DNA of 64,000 bases from Octopus vulgaris (GCA_951406725.2 OX597814.1:96968001-97032000); one strand, 5' to 3'. Positions 1 to 14,827 are shown, numbered from the stretch's first letter. Translations and numbers: made by a program. Notes: a model not told the origin generated them from the letters alone.

Positions 1-276
1 TGAGTGAACGACACTGCATTTGGTAAACAGATACATTCTTTGTGGGTTAACAATACCACCATTGGTTTCGTGTAAAATAACATCTTTGAGTGGAATGCTT
101 GAAAATTGCAAGTTATTCACATGGAATCAATGGTAGGATTGCTGATCCCCAAATAAACAATATATTTGTCTGCTTAATGTGATACTGAGTACTCACTCTC
201 GTTGTTCATCACTATTGTACATATATATATATATATGCTCTTTCAATACAAATACACACGCGCATATATATATTAG

Positions 277-686
277 GCACAGGCATGGCTCTCTGGTAAG
301 AAGCTTCCTTCCCAACAATATGGTTCTGGCTTCAGTTCCACTGCATGGTACCTTGGGCAAGCGTCTTCTACTTTAGCCTCAAGCCAGCCAAAGCCTTGTG
401 AGTAGATTTGGTAGACAGAAACTGAAAGAAACCTGTCGTATATATATGTGTGTGTGTGTGTGTTTATCTTCGTGTGTGAGTCTTTGTATCTGTGTTTGTC
501 CCACCATCACCACTTAATAACTGGTGTTGGTGTTCTTACATCCCTGTAACTTAACAGTTAAGCAGTAGAGACCAACAAAATAAGTACTAGGCTTAAAACA
601 TAAGTCCTGGAGTTGATTTGTTTGACTAAAACCCTTCAAGGTGGTGCTCCAGCATGGCCACAGCCTAATGTCTAAAGCCTGTAAAA
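277..686 (+). mobile_element. tRNA-derived SINE (example of a family recurring throughout, e.g. 9092, 14252, 37127, 51884)
   Basis: tRNA-like head (GGCATGGCT..GTGGTAAGAAG..GGTTCAGTCCCACTG), internal (TG)n and a shared 3' part 'ggtgctccagcatggcc'. Confidence 0.75.
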
Positions 687-710
687 GTGGTGTGTATATA
701 TATATATATT

Positions 711-1082
<372 letters not shown>

Positions 1083-2087
1083 TATATATATATATGTGAT
1101 GATTCAAGGATTGCTTTAGCATTAATATATACCAACTAACAACCAAGATCAGATGAGTTTAATTTAGCTTTTTAATGCACATTTCATTTCACACTCTATT
1201 CCTCCCTTACACCAACAACTTACTCAACCATCCACCTCCCCCTAACTACATTCATTATTTTCCCTTCCACTTCCATCGACTGCCATGCCTCAGGGATTCT
1301 AGGATAGCTGGTTCACTGCCCAACCATTCATACTGCCATTCATTGAAATATCGTCACATTGTCTGCACAATTGAAGAAAATTATTATATTATGCTATTTT
1401 TTGGACAAAGATTATTTTTGCAAGTTTGCAAAATGATATTTTTCTAAATTATATAAATTAATCTGTGTGTGTGTGTGTGTGTGCATGCAACTTTGTCACT
1501 CATCATCGTCCTCATCATCATCATTGTTTAACGTCTGTTTTCCATGCTAGCATGGATTGGACAGTTTGACTGGGGTCTGGGAAGCCAGGAGGCTGCACCA
1601 GGCTCCAGTCTGATCTGGTAGTGTTTCTACAGCTGGAAGCTTTTCCTAACGCCAACCACTCCATCTGCTTGACAAAAGCTGTTGGCTTGTTTACATTACT
1701 TCGACTTGGCTGATCAGCATTAAGAGATAGACAGGAAAAAATCCAAACTTCAAAGAAGGACTATAGTTGATTTCATCAAGTAGAACCCTCTATGTAGTGG
1801 CCATAATAGCAGTTAGAAACAAAAGCAAGTCAGAGAATATATATATCAAAAAGACATTCAAGACAAAATAGCCAATTCAGTATTAGAAATATATTGAAAT
1901 AAAATTGTAACAAATTAATATAGAAGCTTTATCTTCTAAATACTGAAGAGACATCTCAATAACACTTGGGAACTTGGGACATACATACATACATACATAC
2001 ATACATACATACATACATACATACATACATGCATACACACATACATACATACATACATACATACATACATACATACATAAATACATA

Positions 2088-2952
2088 CTGGGTGCAGTGA
2101 ATATATTGTTGTCTAAATTACACAAAAATGAAAATATCACTGACATTTCAGTTTAACAAATATATTTACCAAAATTACATAAAAAACATTTTGAAATACT
2201 AAAAAGTAAGTTTATTCAATAAAATCACCATTGGCTTCAACCACAGCCTTCAGATGACTTCAGAATCTCTTGCAACTCTTCTGGATGGTCTCCTTGTTTA
2301 AGTTGATGAATGCTGTCATAATCCTTGCCTTCAGTTTATCTTTGATGTTACAAGGAATTTTGTTGGTCTCTCAGTCAACTGCACTCCACACATAATAAAC
2401 AAGCGGGTTGCAGTCTGAGGAGTTAGGTGGTCAGATGTTAGGGATGATGTGGTCACAGAAATTGTCTGACAGCCATGACTGGGTTCTCCTGCTTGTGTGA
2501 CATGGTCCAGAGTCTTATTGCCAGACATAGGGTCTTTCAGCAGCCACCCTCTTGACTCAGGGCAGCACTACATCCTCCAGGCACTTGATGTAGGCCTCTG
2601 TATTGAGTCTGAGGCCATGTGGGAAGATGAATGGAGGCATAACGTCACCGTCATGTGGACTGGGTCTTTGATTTTTATCACTCTCGTTACATGTTTTGAG
2701 GACATGGCAAGCCAATGGTTGTTATGTGTGTTCACCATCTGTTCATAATGGAGCTTCCAACATGAATGCCAAGCAGTACAGCATGCCATTTCCAAATTTC
2801 TGGCAGAGTGAATTGTGTCATGGTGCTGTTTTTCTCACAGACGGTGCCCAACTGACCCTACTATACTGTGTAGTCATCAAAATCAAAAACAAACAATGTG
2901 CATGAGCAACATTGAAAATATAAAATGGCAACAATTTACCCTTCGCACCACA
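2088..2952 (-). mobile_element. Internally deleted Tc1/mariner-superfamily transposon, DD37D (maT-like)
   Basis: TA-flanked degenerate TIRs; minus strand gives YVWQ*DSGPCHTSRRTQSWLSDNFCDHIIPNI*PPNSSDCNPL(V)YYVW, with 37 residues between the second D and the expected third D position. Confidence 0.75.
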
Positions 2953-2990
2953 TATATATATACACACACACACATATGTATGTGTATGTG

Positions 2991-3083
<93 letters not shown>

Positions 3084-3114
3084 GTGTGTTTGTGTGTGTA
3101 TGTGTGTGTATATG

Positions 3115-3155
<41 letters not shown>

Positions 3156-3537
3156 TTACACATGATGAGTATATAGAGATTAATTATCCAGGCAGGTACT
3201 ATAAGAGCCCTCAAGTATTGTCCATATTCTGACTAATCATATCAAGTAGTAAGAAGCACTAAGGATTACTTATGGTGAACAATCTCACTGTGATTCTTGT
3301 AATTGGAAAATCCAGGTTCACTTGCTGAATTATGAAACATTTTAATTTCACTTTTACAATTCATTATGCAGCATAATTACTTAGTTAACAAATTAATTAT
3401 GCAGTATGAATAACTGTTAAATAAAAGGAAAAGTTTGAAGTTATACCAGTCTCCATATTTTTTGTATTTGTTTTGGATTTGCTCTCCCGAATATATGTAT
3501 GTATGTACGCTTGTATGTGTGTGGTGGGTTTCATATA

Positions 3538-4440
3538 TCTATAACAATCAATGGCAAGTTTGTGTGTTTGTGAATTTGTTACTTTAACTCCTCAGAGACT
3601 ATCCAACAGACCTTAATGAAACTTGACAAGTGTGTGGGGCTTATGCTAATGCAGTCACTTACGCACTTCGAATTTTTAAAAAATCGATTTTTAATCAGTA
3701 TCAATTTTTCAAAAATCATAAAATTTCAGCATTTTTCAGACTAGCCATCATGACATCAATTTGATGAAAAATGTTTCATGGGTATAAACAGATAGCTTAT
3801 TAACAGTAATCTATTGAGCATTTGCTAAAACTTATTGTTTTAATTCCAAAGTGTTTTAGGTTTTGATTAGGTAAGAGTATTTTATTTTGCACACTAGCCA
3901 TCAGGACATCAATTTGACAAAATCTGCTCCAAAGTGTAAAATTTTGCCTTTTTACACACAAGCACAAAAATGATGACAACATGGGTTTGCTACCAGACTC
4001 TGCTCATTTTTTCATCAAATTGGCTCTACCTATTAATATAGATTTTAATTTTTTGAAAAATGCTGAAATTTGATGGAAAATGTTTCATGGCTATAAACAG
4101 ACATCTCATTAACAGTAATTTATTTAGCATTTGCCAATTCTGCATTTCAGTGCGAATTGTTTTGTTTTGCTAAAACTTATTATTGCAATTTTTTGTTTTA
4201 ATTCAACAGCATTTTAGGTTTTGATTAGGTAAGAGCATTTAATGCACAAAAAATGCATAAAAATGACGACAACGCCAGACTAGTTCACTACCAGACTCTG
4301 CTCATATTTTCTTCAAATTGGTCTAACCTATTAATATAGATTCTAAATTTTTGAAAAATGTCGAAATTTGAGGAAAAATGTTTCATGGCTATAAACAGAC
4401 ATCTTATAAACAGTAATTTATTACTGGGTACCTCAGCTAG
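3538..4440 (+). mobile_element. Non-autonomous Helitron-like element
   Basis: A|TC 5' end, CTAG|T 3' end, no TSD, internal ~300-bp tandem repeats (~3720-4420). Confidence 0.6.
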
Positions 4441-4779
4441 TGTTAAGTTAATTCATAAAAACAGTTTAACATTGAACTGAAACAGTTTAACATTGAACAC
4501 ACATAGAAAGAGAGAGATAGCTTGAGACCATAGCCATGCTGAGACAACACCATTAGTGGGATTATTAGTTATTTCATTTTCATGGCCCTTTCTCTATGTT
4601 TTGGTGAACAAGAGAGTTTGATGGCACTGCCCTCATCTGCATTTCCTGCTGAGACATAGGTTCCTCTAGTATCTCAGATAGAAACTTATCCAAATGCTGT
4701 TTTGAATACATCCACATCTACATTGTAGACCTATGAGATTATTTTTGCAGCCAGCTATTTAAAAACTGTAATCCTAAGC

Positions 4780-5270
4780 TATTTTAATATTGTGTCCCTT
4801 CTTTAGAAGGAGAGAGTGGGAACTTTGCTAATATTCACTACTGTCCAGTATAGGATTTGGTATTATTTTCAACCCCAAAGTTAGCCACTAGACCTTCCAC
4901 AATCTTCCAAATAATGTATAACAGCTTGGTCAGATAGAGCATCATTTCTTTTAGCCTCTCCCAGTGGCTCTTCTGTTGCACTGAGACAGTCTTCATGGGG
5001 TAGTGGCATTCACTGACCTTAAACACTACTGTGACTTGAACACTCTGGGGTAATTGTAATTGAGAGCAGTAGTGATAGTGATTGAGAACACACATTCTCT
5101 GCTGTACCAACAAATTTTCTTTCTCTCTTATTCTAAATGATTTTAAAATCCAGCCAGCCAGTTGCCTGCATGTTGTTGCCACCTTAGTAATATGCATATT
5201 ACTCATGTGCATTCCCAGATCAAGCAATGATTGCATCTCCAGGATTGCAACACACCCTGGTGCTGTGCAT
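4780..5270 (-). pseudogene. Decayed non-LTR (CR1/L2-like) reverse transcriptase 3' fragment
   Basis: LDLGMHM...AGWILKSFRIREKE...WERLKEM...IIWKIVEGLVAN resembles a LINE RT C-terminus. Confidence 0.55.
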
Positions 5271-5312
5271 CCTGATATATATCTGATATATATCAACCTA
5301 CAATCAGATATG

Positions 5313-5348
<36 letters not shown>

Positions 5349-5519
5349 TGTATGTATGTATGTATGTATGTATGTATGTATGTATGTATGTGTATGTATG
5401 TATATGCATGTGTATATGTTATATATGTACAGGTATATATAGATGTATATACATACATATATATATATATATACACACACACACAAATATATATGTGCAT
5501 ATATATGTATATATATGTA

Positions 5520-5570
<51 letters not shown>

Positions 5571-5772
5571 ATCTCATGCATCTGGATAGAAATCTGTAAC
5601 TCCTAATTTAGAAGATATTCCTCCCACTTTATTTTGCCAATGCATATAAGTATAAATACACATATGGTTACACATACATGCATAATTATAGATAGACACA
5701 AAATTCCATATTAAGTTAGACATGGCCTGGGCCAATAATGGCCGAAACCTATCAAAGTATCAAAGTATCAAA

Positions 5773-5808
<36 letters not shown>

Positions 5809-5851
5809 AATAGATATATATGTATGGTTGATGTATACATACATACATATA

Positions 5852-6025
5852 TCAAAATAAGCAACAGGATATCAAGTAGTGATGCAGTACGACCGTTTCA
5901 GGCAGCTCCATTTAATTGAACAATACAGTCATTACATCAATTGGCACTGCATTTAAAGTGATGCAATGGAGCTTCTTGAAACAGTCATACTGCATCACTA
6001 CTTGATATCTTGTTGCTTATTTTGA
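5852..6025. repeat. ~60-bp inverted repeat (probable PLE inverted pLTR)
   Basis: 5852-5912 pairs with 5965-6025 with about 5 mismatches; carries the 3' half of a hammerhead-like motif (GAAAC-GG-TC). Confidence 0.6.
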
Positions 6026-6639
6026 CTTTATTCATCTTACTACAAGCTGTGCGGATAATACCAGACTGACTTGGTGATCCAACTTAAGTAAATAATTCAA
6101 ATGAATCTCAATTATTTCTTAAATATATATATATATATATTAATATATCAACATCTTCATCATTTAACATCCATCTTCCAAGGGTCTAAGAAGTCAAAAG
6201 ACTGTGTCAAGCTCCAATGTCTGCATTTTCCCAGTTTGTATGTCTGAATGCTCTCCCTAATGCTAACTGCTTCAAAGTGTTTTGGTGAATGTTATTTTCA
6301 AGGCACCAGTACTAATGAGATCACCAAACAACTCACAAAACAAGACTTCTTAACTGAGTAAGGAAATAGTATTTAGGGAGGTGGCTTTATGCCATGCGCT
6401 GAGAGGTTAAAGTATGATAGATGGACTGGTGCAGATGTCTTGCAGTAGAGTTGATACCTGGCTACTCCAGCTGGAAAGAGAGAGCTGAAAAGAGAGGTGG
6501 TGAGGTGCTGTCATATGTATAAAGATATATATATATATATATATACACATATATATATACACACACACATACATGTATATATATATATTTATACATGTAA
6601 GCATGTGTGTGCACAATATGTGTATGTGTGTATAAAGAA

Positions 6640-7045
6640 AAAGGAGGTAGTCAGAATTTTAGATAATTATTTATTAATGTATTTCTATTACCTTCTGGAA
6701 CTCTGGGTCATCTCTTGACCATTTATCAAAGGAAAATATCTTGAATCTGTTGTTTCCCCATATTATTTTAGATGCGTACTAAGCGGAAACTTGTGTAACT
6801 CTTTTTGTCTTATGTGCTCTCTATGGATTCTTCTATGTTGGCAAGGGAAATTGTTGGTTTCCTTAATTTAATTTTCCTTGGAATTGGGGCAGGTTATCCA
6901 GTTTATGAAATTCTGTGTCTTGCAGTTCACATCTGTATTTACTTGAAAGGAGAATCCACTTTTAGATTTTATATGAGAACCAGTGTCCAAATATTTCAAG
7001 CTGTTGTTGTTACATGTTCCACATCTGTTATCTCCACAGTCCTAT
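6640..7045 (-). mobile_element. Penelope-like GIY-YIG endonuclease remnant followed by a decayed hammerhead-like motif
   Basis: minus strand CKTQNFINWITCPNSKEN*IKET...RIHREHIRQKE...LSTHL (cf. NVIYCITC..C...YIGET); then TTGATAA-AT-GGTCA(agaga)TGACC at ~6729-6691. Confidence 0.6.
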
Positions 7046-7102
<57 letters not shown>

Positions 7103-7109
<7 letters not shown>

Positions 7110-8081
7110 CTGACAAGGGTGGAGCCGTGGTGGTGTGGCGCACGGACCTCCACAAGGCGGGAGCTCTCTGCCAATTTCAAACCACCTCCTTCTACTGCCT
7201 TCTGCCCTCCAACCCCATGCCCAACTACCAACAGACTGAGTCCTCCACCATCCATGATCTCATCTCCTCCTCTCGTCTCCGCCCCACCGTCTCTAACCTC
7301 ATTGTCTGCACCCCTCACATTCCCACAATTTACTTCCTCCTCAAAATCCACAAACCTAACAAACCTGGCTGCCCCATCATCTCCGCCTGCAACTGCCCCA
7401 CCAAACTCATCTCCAGATATCTTGACTGTGTCCTTGCCTTCCTAGTAGCTTCCCTCCCCTCTCACATCCATGACACAAACGATGCTCTTTCTTTGTTCAA
7501 CTCTTTCTCCTTCCCTCCCCCACACCCCAACACCACCACACCACACATCACCACACCACATCACACCACCCTGCACACACTAGCACTGACTACCTCCCAG
7601 CACCCACATCAGTGCACACAATAGCACTGACCACTTCCCAGCACCTACACCATCATCCACACACCTACACATGCACACACGCACACGTCAATGTCACCAG
7701 CCCCCTTCCACATGCACATACATGCTCTCACATACACACGCACATGCACCTTCATTTTGGGATCACCACTACTTTATTATCTCCCCTTCTTCCTAGCTCT
7801 CCTGTGTGACCCCTCTGTCCGGCATTCGCCATGACAGATCGCTAGCCACTAAACCTTTTTCTATTTTCTCTCCCTGTTTATTTCTGCATTCCTTTCCTCA
7901 AAATCCACAAACCTAACAAACCTGGCCACCCCATCATCTCCGCCTGCAACTGCCCTCTCCGAACTCATCTCCAGATATCTTGACTGTATCTTGCCCTCCT
8001 TCTCGCTTCCCGAGCATTAAACTAATACATCTGTTTGTTGTTTACACACCCGTCTTCCTCTTTTGTTTTTGTAAATTCTCA

Positions 8082-8085
<4 letters not shown>
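7103..8085 (+). mobile_element. Penelope-like retroelement remnant (RT N-terminal part plus pLTR)
   Basis: ADKGGAVVVW...IYFLLKIHKPNKPGCPIISACNCPTKLISRYLD...LPSHIHDT fits PLE RT motifs; sits between (TG)n and (TA)n. Confidence 0.8.
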
Positions 8086-8114
<29 letters not shown>

Positions 8115-8562
8115 CTACCACTGTTTTTAGCACACTATATCTATAAAGGAACCTTTATGACAACCTCTGACTTTTCCACAATATACATACATTAAATATA
8201 TAATATAGATAGAAATTTTAATCTAGAGCTGCTCGTATTGCATACTTTGAATTTTACTCAGCCTTTTTCCGAGACTAGTGTATTGTTTATTCACTGATTC
8301 TATATCTTCAGACTAACTGATGTGACTTTGTGTCAAAAGTAACGTATGTATATGGCATTGACAAGTCATAAAAACAACGAAATGCACATCTTTTTCTTCT
8401 CGTGATTGCTTACAAAATGGTTTTGTTTTGTTTTGTCAAGCAGTAAAATATATTGTGCTTTTTTAACATACTACGTCTTTAAAGGGATCTTTCTCAAGAC
8501 AACCACTGCAGCCTCTGACTTGATATACATAGGTTAAGTATATCATATCAATAGAGATAATA

Positions 8563-8598
<36 letters not shown>

Positions 8599-8852
8599 TG
8601 TGTGAGTGTGTGTGCATGTGTGTGTCTATATGGTGGGTATATATATATATATATATGTGTGTGTGTGCATGTGTGTTTGTGTATATATATATATATATAA
8701 ATGTATAATATAATACAATATAATATAATATTTTACTATAAAATTGGATTTAACCCTAAATCTGATTTTTCCCTGTAATTTTGGATTCATTCCCTAATAT
8801 TTATTATATATAAATGTATATATATTTATTCATTTATTTACACACATATGCA

Positions 8853-8885
<33 letters not shown>

Positions 8886-9741
8886 TTATACATATATTTA
8901 CACACATATGCATTTATGTGTGCATGTGTGTGTAAATGTATATATATATATATATATATATATATGTAAATGAGTAGCTTCAGATGTGGAGTCAGATGAC
9001 TAGCTCAGAAAGCCCTTCTTACAGACTTGGTTAACAGCCTATATAGTAATCTAATGCAGAGAAGTGTAATGTAGAGTGTCAATACTATAATATTTATAGG
9101 TATGGTTGTGTAGTAAGAAATTTTCTTCCTGACCACATGGTTCTGGATTTGGTCCCACTATGTGGCATGGTGGGGTAGTATCTTTTACTATTATCTCATG
9201 CCAACCAAAGCCTTGTGAGTGGATTTGGTTGATGGAAACTAAAAGAAGCACTTCATATATGTGTGTGTGTGTGTATACATGTGTGTATGTTGTATATGTA
9301 TGTATGTATATATGCATGTGTGTGTTTTTGTGTTTGTTTCATACCACTGTTTAAGAACTGGTATTACTGTGTAAATTTGTAGTTTGGTAAAAGTGTATGA
9401 TAGAATAAGTATCAGGCTTAAAAGAGAAATAAGAACGAGTCAATTTGTTTGACTGAAATTTAATGGCCACAATTTAATGACTGAAACAAGTAAAAGATAG
9501 ATAAAAGTTAGGCACAGTGCCAAATGTCGCTTTCTATGCCCACTTGGCCCATGCCTTGCTGTATTGGTTGGATACATGCTGAACAGAAATCCACAGGGTC
9601 AACTGTACTTGTAATTCAGTTATGTTTCAGTAAGATTTCCATTATGCATGTACTTTTCTATTGAATCCCTAGCTGCTTACAAGCTAATTGAAGGAGCCTG
9701 TAATTCAGCTACCTAATCAACTGAATCCTCATTGGTACGAT

Positions 9742-9779
<38 letters not shown>

Positions 9780-9938
9780 TGTGTGAGTGTGTGTATGTGT
9801 GTGTGTGTGTGCACGCGCTTGTGTGTGTGTGAGTGTCAGGGTGCATGTGTATGCATGTGCATCCGTTTGTGTATGTGTGTGTGCATATGTATCCACGCTC
9901 ATAAATGTGTGTGTATGTATATATGTGTAAATATATAT

Positions 9939-10010
<72 letters not shown>

Positions 10011-11924
10011 GTGTGTGTGTATATATATATATATATACACACATACACATGCATATATTTATATATATACACACACACACACACACACGCACACATACAT
10101 ATCAAAAGTAAGTAGAGTTAGCGATTGAAATAGCCATCTAAGGGATAAGAATATCCATTATTACTTCCGGTATAAATTACCTATGTTAACCCTGGACATG
10201 GATATGCAAGCATACTATACTCATAGGATACAGACTAAAACTTTTCTCCATTTTCTGATTATTTTATATATATATATATATATATAAATTTATGGAAGGA
10301 ATTAGAAATCAGCAACAACCTATGAATGAGTCTTTTGTTTACAAATATCATGCTACACATACCTATCTGTGTGTGTGTGTGTAGTAATAATAAAAATGAC
10401 TTGTGGATGGAAATTTTTATACTTATTAATGTATTGGGACATACATTTCTGCATATGACATGTTCATTTGTGAGGATATTCTCACATTCATAAGATATCA
10501 TTAAATATCATTTATAATATTTTGAGCATGCCTTTATTTCATGGGTAAGCTTCACAGATGTGAAAATATCTTCACAAATGCCTATGTTGTATGTAGAAAA
10601 ATATCCATTCACAAGTCATTTTTGTTTTAACTATGTTTATCATATTGTTTTAACTATATATTTGTAAGGAGTTTCAAATATATAACCATCCCACAGGCTT
10701 ACTCTGGAAGACGGGAATAACAGGCAATAGCTGACAAGAAGAAGCATAGGAGCTTTATGCAAAGATATATAAATATTCATTTATGAATATATGTGTGTGT
10801 GTGTTCATTTTCTTAATAACGGAATGAATTAACTCAACAAAGTTTCATGTCCAAAGACATACTCATCTCAGATGTTCTGAGTCAGACAGGAGAGAATTTA
10901 AAAGAAATTCAAAATAGCTTCTAGATATTTAGGTCTCCATTGATCAGTTCAGGTCACACAGTTGTTTACACTATCAAAGCAACACCTGTTGTTTTTTTGT
11001 TTTTTTTGTTATTTTTAGGTCCATGTGTTGTGGACCGGTTGTTTGTGTCATGTCATGTTGTAGAGAAATCTGTAGTATGGTATAATCAGCAACACCAGTT
11101 CCTTGCATTTGGTACTGTACATGGTTAGAAAGGCATGTTGGTACCAGTTAGTCAATTAGACATCAATCTGAGAAGCATGAGTAGATTAGTTATAACAGTT
11201 ATCATATAGGTAGTAACTGATGCAATGGTGTCATTTTACAAGTGAGGTTTCATGAATGACATGAGTAAGCTGTAGTCTTTACTAGCAGCAGGAAAATATT
11301 TACTCTGCACTTTTATGTACCTCAGTCAGACTTAAGACTGTATATCTGGGAAGAGATAAGGGGTAGGAAGTGGGGAAAGTCATGGATTAACAGGAAGAGG
11401 GAGAGAGAGGGACAAAGTATAAGGGTGGGCAGAGTAGTAATGGGGTGGGGAGTGTAGGGGGTTCACTGCTCTTCCACGTTGACCAGGTAAATAAAGGCAG
11501 AACACGAAGAAGAGAGAGCGTGAGATAGAGAAAGAGATAAGGGTGATGAGGATCTGGAAAGGCTGAGGGGAGAGAGTCATTACAATTTAAGAGTGAAGAA
11601 GAGTGGGGAGAGAGAGGGAGTGAAGAGTGTTGAGATAGCAAAGGATGGTGAGAGAGATGGAGGTTGAGAGGTAGAGATGAAACTATGAGGAGAGAAAGAA
11701 TAAGCAGATGAGAAAACCAGAGCGTAAATGCAGCAACAGTAATGAAAGAAATGAGACAGGAGGGAACTGCAGAGGTGGGGGGTGGGAGCTGAAGATTAAC
11801 GCAGTAAAAGCATCCCAAGAGAAAGGAAGGGAGGGAGGGAACAACACATTTATGAATCAAGAGCATCACTGCCACTCCCTGTGTTAACATTATCTCTGCC
11901 ATGTTTACCTGAAACAGTGAGTTT

Positions 11925-12200
11925 TTTTTCTCCAGCACAATATGTTGTCAATTGTTACCGTCACTTGTCTTTTCACATGCAAGCTTCAGCATATTCAGAT
12001 CAGTTTTCAACTTGTCCTATGTCTTCCTTTTTCTTCTACAGGCCACATCAACGTCAAACACTGAGCATTTTTCTATACAGATGTCACTGTCCATATGTAT
12101 CACATGTCCATACCATCACAGTTGACTTTCTTGCAAACTACATTTAACTCATATTTCGTTTTTAGATTTGGTTTGCAAGATTCTTTATTTGAGTTCATGT
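11925..12200 (-). pseudogene. RTE-type LINE 3' fragment
   Basis: decayed (R)WYGHVIHMDSD..IEKC...RKT*D...DL.ML.L. Confidence 0.55.
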
Positions 12201-12216
12201 GTTGAAGCATATTCTG

Positions 12217-12392
12217 TTGTGTCTGGGGAGAGTCATTTTCTTTTTGTGCCTTATAATGTAACACACTATTGAAAAGGTTGCAAGACGCAACGAAAATTTT
12301 ACGAAAATAAAAATAAGAAATAAGTGGAAATTTTACCGGTGAGTGTCTTACATTATAAGGCACAAAAAGAAAATGACTCTCCCCAGACACAA
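12217..12392 (+). mobile_element. Palindromic PLE-like element with hammerhead-like core in the spacer
   Basis: 51-bp arms 12217-12267 / 12342-12392 with 1 mismatch; spacer TTGAAAA-G-GTTGC(aagac)GCAAC-GAAA-ATTTTA. Confidence 0.65.
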
Positions 12393-12625
12393 TACATTTG
12401 ACTCCTCTTATAAAATGTATTTTGTTCAGGTCATCTGTACTGTTGTCATTCATATACACTGACATTATGTATCTATCAAAGCAAGCTCACTTAATTTCTT
12501 TCTAGCCTCCAAAAAGTTTCTGCATTCAAAGCCCAGGTCACACTACTATATATATGTTTATATTTATGTGTGTGAGTATTTATGTGTATTGATATAGATA
12601 TTCATACACATATATGTATATGCAC

Positions 12626-12684
<59 letters not shown>

Positions 12685-14702
12685 CACACACACACACATA
12701 TACACACCTAGATTTATATTTCATTTATCATTATTTCCTTTTTACTGCTAACATCACATTAAAATTTTAATGCTGATTTTTTTCCAAGCTGAAAAATGAG
12801 TTGTACCTGCAATGCAGCATCCTTGTCCAATGTTCTCAGATTTAATATAAGCATATGTCACAAATTTTAGTTATTCTCTTAATATATATTACATGTGTCA
12901 TCTAGGAAAGGTCATCCCGTTTCATTTGCCCATATAACAATCTGTCTTGTCCTAATTCCACAGAATACTTTTCAGCTGGTTACATTTCATATGTAATGAA
13001 CTATACTCAGTTATTTTCCTATTACTACAGTCCTTTACATTAACTTCCTCCATTTACTACCATACAGTATCAAATTTCTTGCTCATAACTGCCTTTTCTA
13101 AAGAGGCAATACCTTTAGCTAAAAAGGGTAGCAATCCATCAAACCTTGTGCCATCTACTTACCCTCTAGTTGTTGTACTGTCTCCAGCTTTGTTTCCAAC
13201 ATTAAGTATGTCAACAAATTAACAGATTAAATTTGCTGTTACTCTGAGCATTCCATGGTCTCTGGTCTATGGCTTATGCTATTAACTAATCTAATTTATT
13301 TGGTACACATTGTGTTTTTGCTTTGCTGTTTGTCTTCCTGAAATTTTGCAATAATGTTTGTGCACATATCATTAGTACCAATTCAAAAATATCAAATTCC
13401 TGCCTACATTTTGCCTTCATACAAAGTAGTACCATTTTGTGGTATCTGCTACTTATTAGCATCTGCCTTAGACATGTTCACCAACTAGACTTTAGTCTCA
13501 AAACCACATTTTTACAGTTCAAACTCTTTTCACAGTTCTAATTCTATTGTGAAAAGCAAAAAAAATCTAGTACACTGAAGTGTTCATTATTATACAGTTA
13601 TTTGTGATGAACTTAAGGACTAGAATGAGGGGGAAAAAATTGCAAGTAAAAGCAGAGTCTTTTTGAAAACGCATTTGTACATGAAATTCCTTACTAAGTT
13701 CACTGCCAAACTCTACCCTATATTTTACTTCTGATACATGGCGCCTGTCATCTGATATGACATGAGCTATTCATTATAGATATCATTAGATATTCATCTT
13801 ACTAGTTTTCTACTATGAAAGAGCAGAGGATCTTGCTAAAATCTAGTTCATTTTATGCAAGAACCTTAGCAGTAGTTGCCTCATTAGCACTAGAGTTTCT
13901 GTAGGTTAACATCTAACCTAATGGAATTCTCTACAAACTGATTCTATCCTTTTGTTTTATACCATTTTGTTTCCATCTTCATTATTTAGTAAACTTATAA
14001 TTTCTCCTTTTTCATTTCAATTTCATCTGTAACCTTATCATAGCTGCCACTGATCAAGGATAACAATTTCGTGCACAATGTGATTTTCTCAGTAATTTAC
14101 TAATGTCATATCCTGATGTTTTCAGTATTGCAGCAGCTTTTCTGTTTGCTTGTCCTAAATTCCTTTTACCCCACACTTTATGGTTGGTCTCTACAGTAGA
14201 CCATTTCTGCATGTATATGCACATTCCAAAAAAAAATATATATATATAATAGGTGCAGGCATGGGTGTATGGTAAGAAGCTTGCTTCCCAACCACTTGGT
14301 TCTGGGTTCAGTCCCACTGCATGGCATTTTGGGCAAGTTTCTTTTATTATAGCCTTGGGCCAACTAAAGCTTTGTGAAGACAGAAACTAAAAGAAGCACG
14401 TTGTATATATATTTACATATATAAATATAAATATATATATGTACATGCTTGTGTGTCTGTGTTTGTCACCACACGATTGCTTGACAACCGATGTTGGTGT
14501 GTTTACATAACTTAGTGGTTCGGCAAAAGCGACTGATAGAATAAGTGCTAGGCTTACAGAGAATAAGTCCTGGCCACAGCCAAATGACTGAAACAAGTAA
14601 AAGAATAAAAGAATATATGTGTGTGCATGTGTGTATATAAATACATATATACATACACTCATATAATTAAATACACACACACATACATACATACATACAT
14701 AT

Positions 14703-14735
<33 letters not shown>

Positions 14736-14781
14736 ATATTATATACATATATATATATATTATATACATATATATACATAT

Positions 14782-14827
<46 letters not shown>

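Noticed and set aside
277-345. tRNA genes at SINE heads
   Set aside because: A/B-box-like heads continue into SINE bodies and do not form complete cloverleafs.
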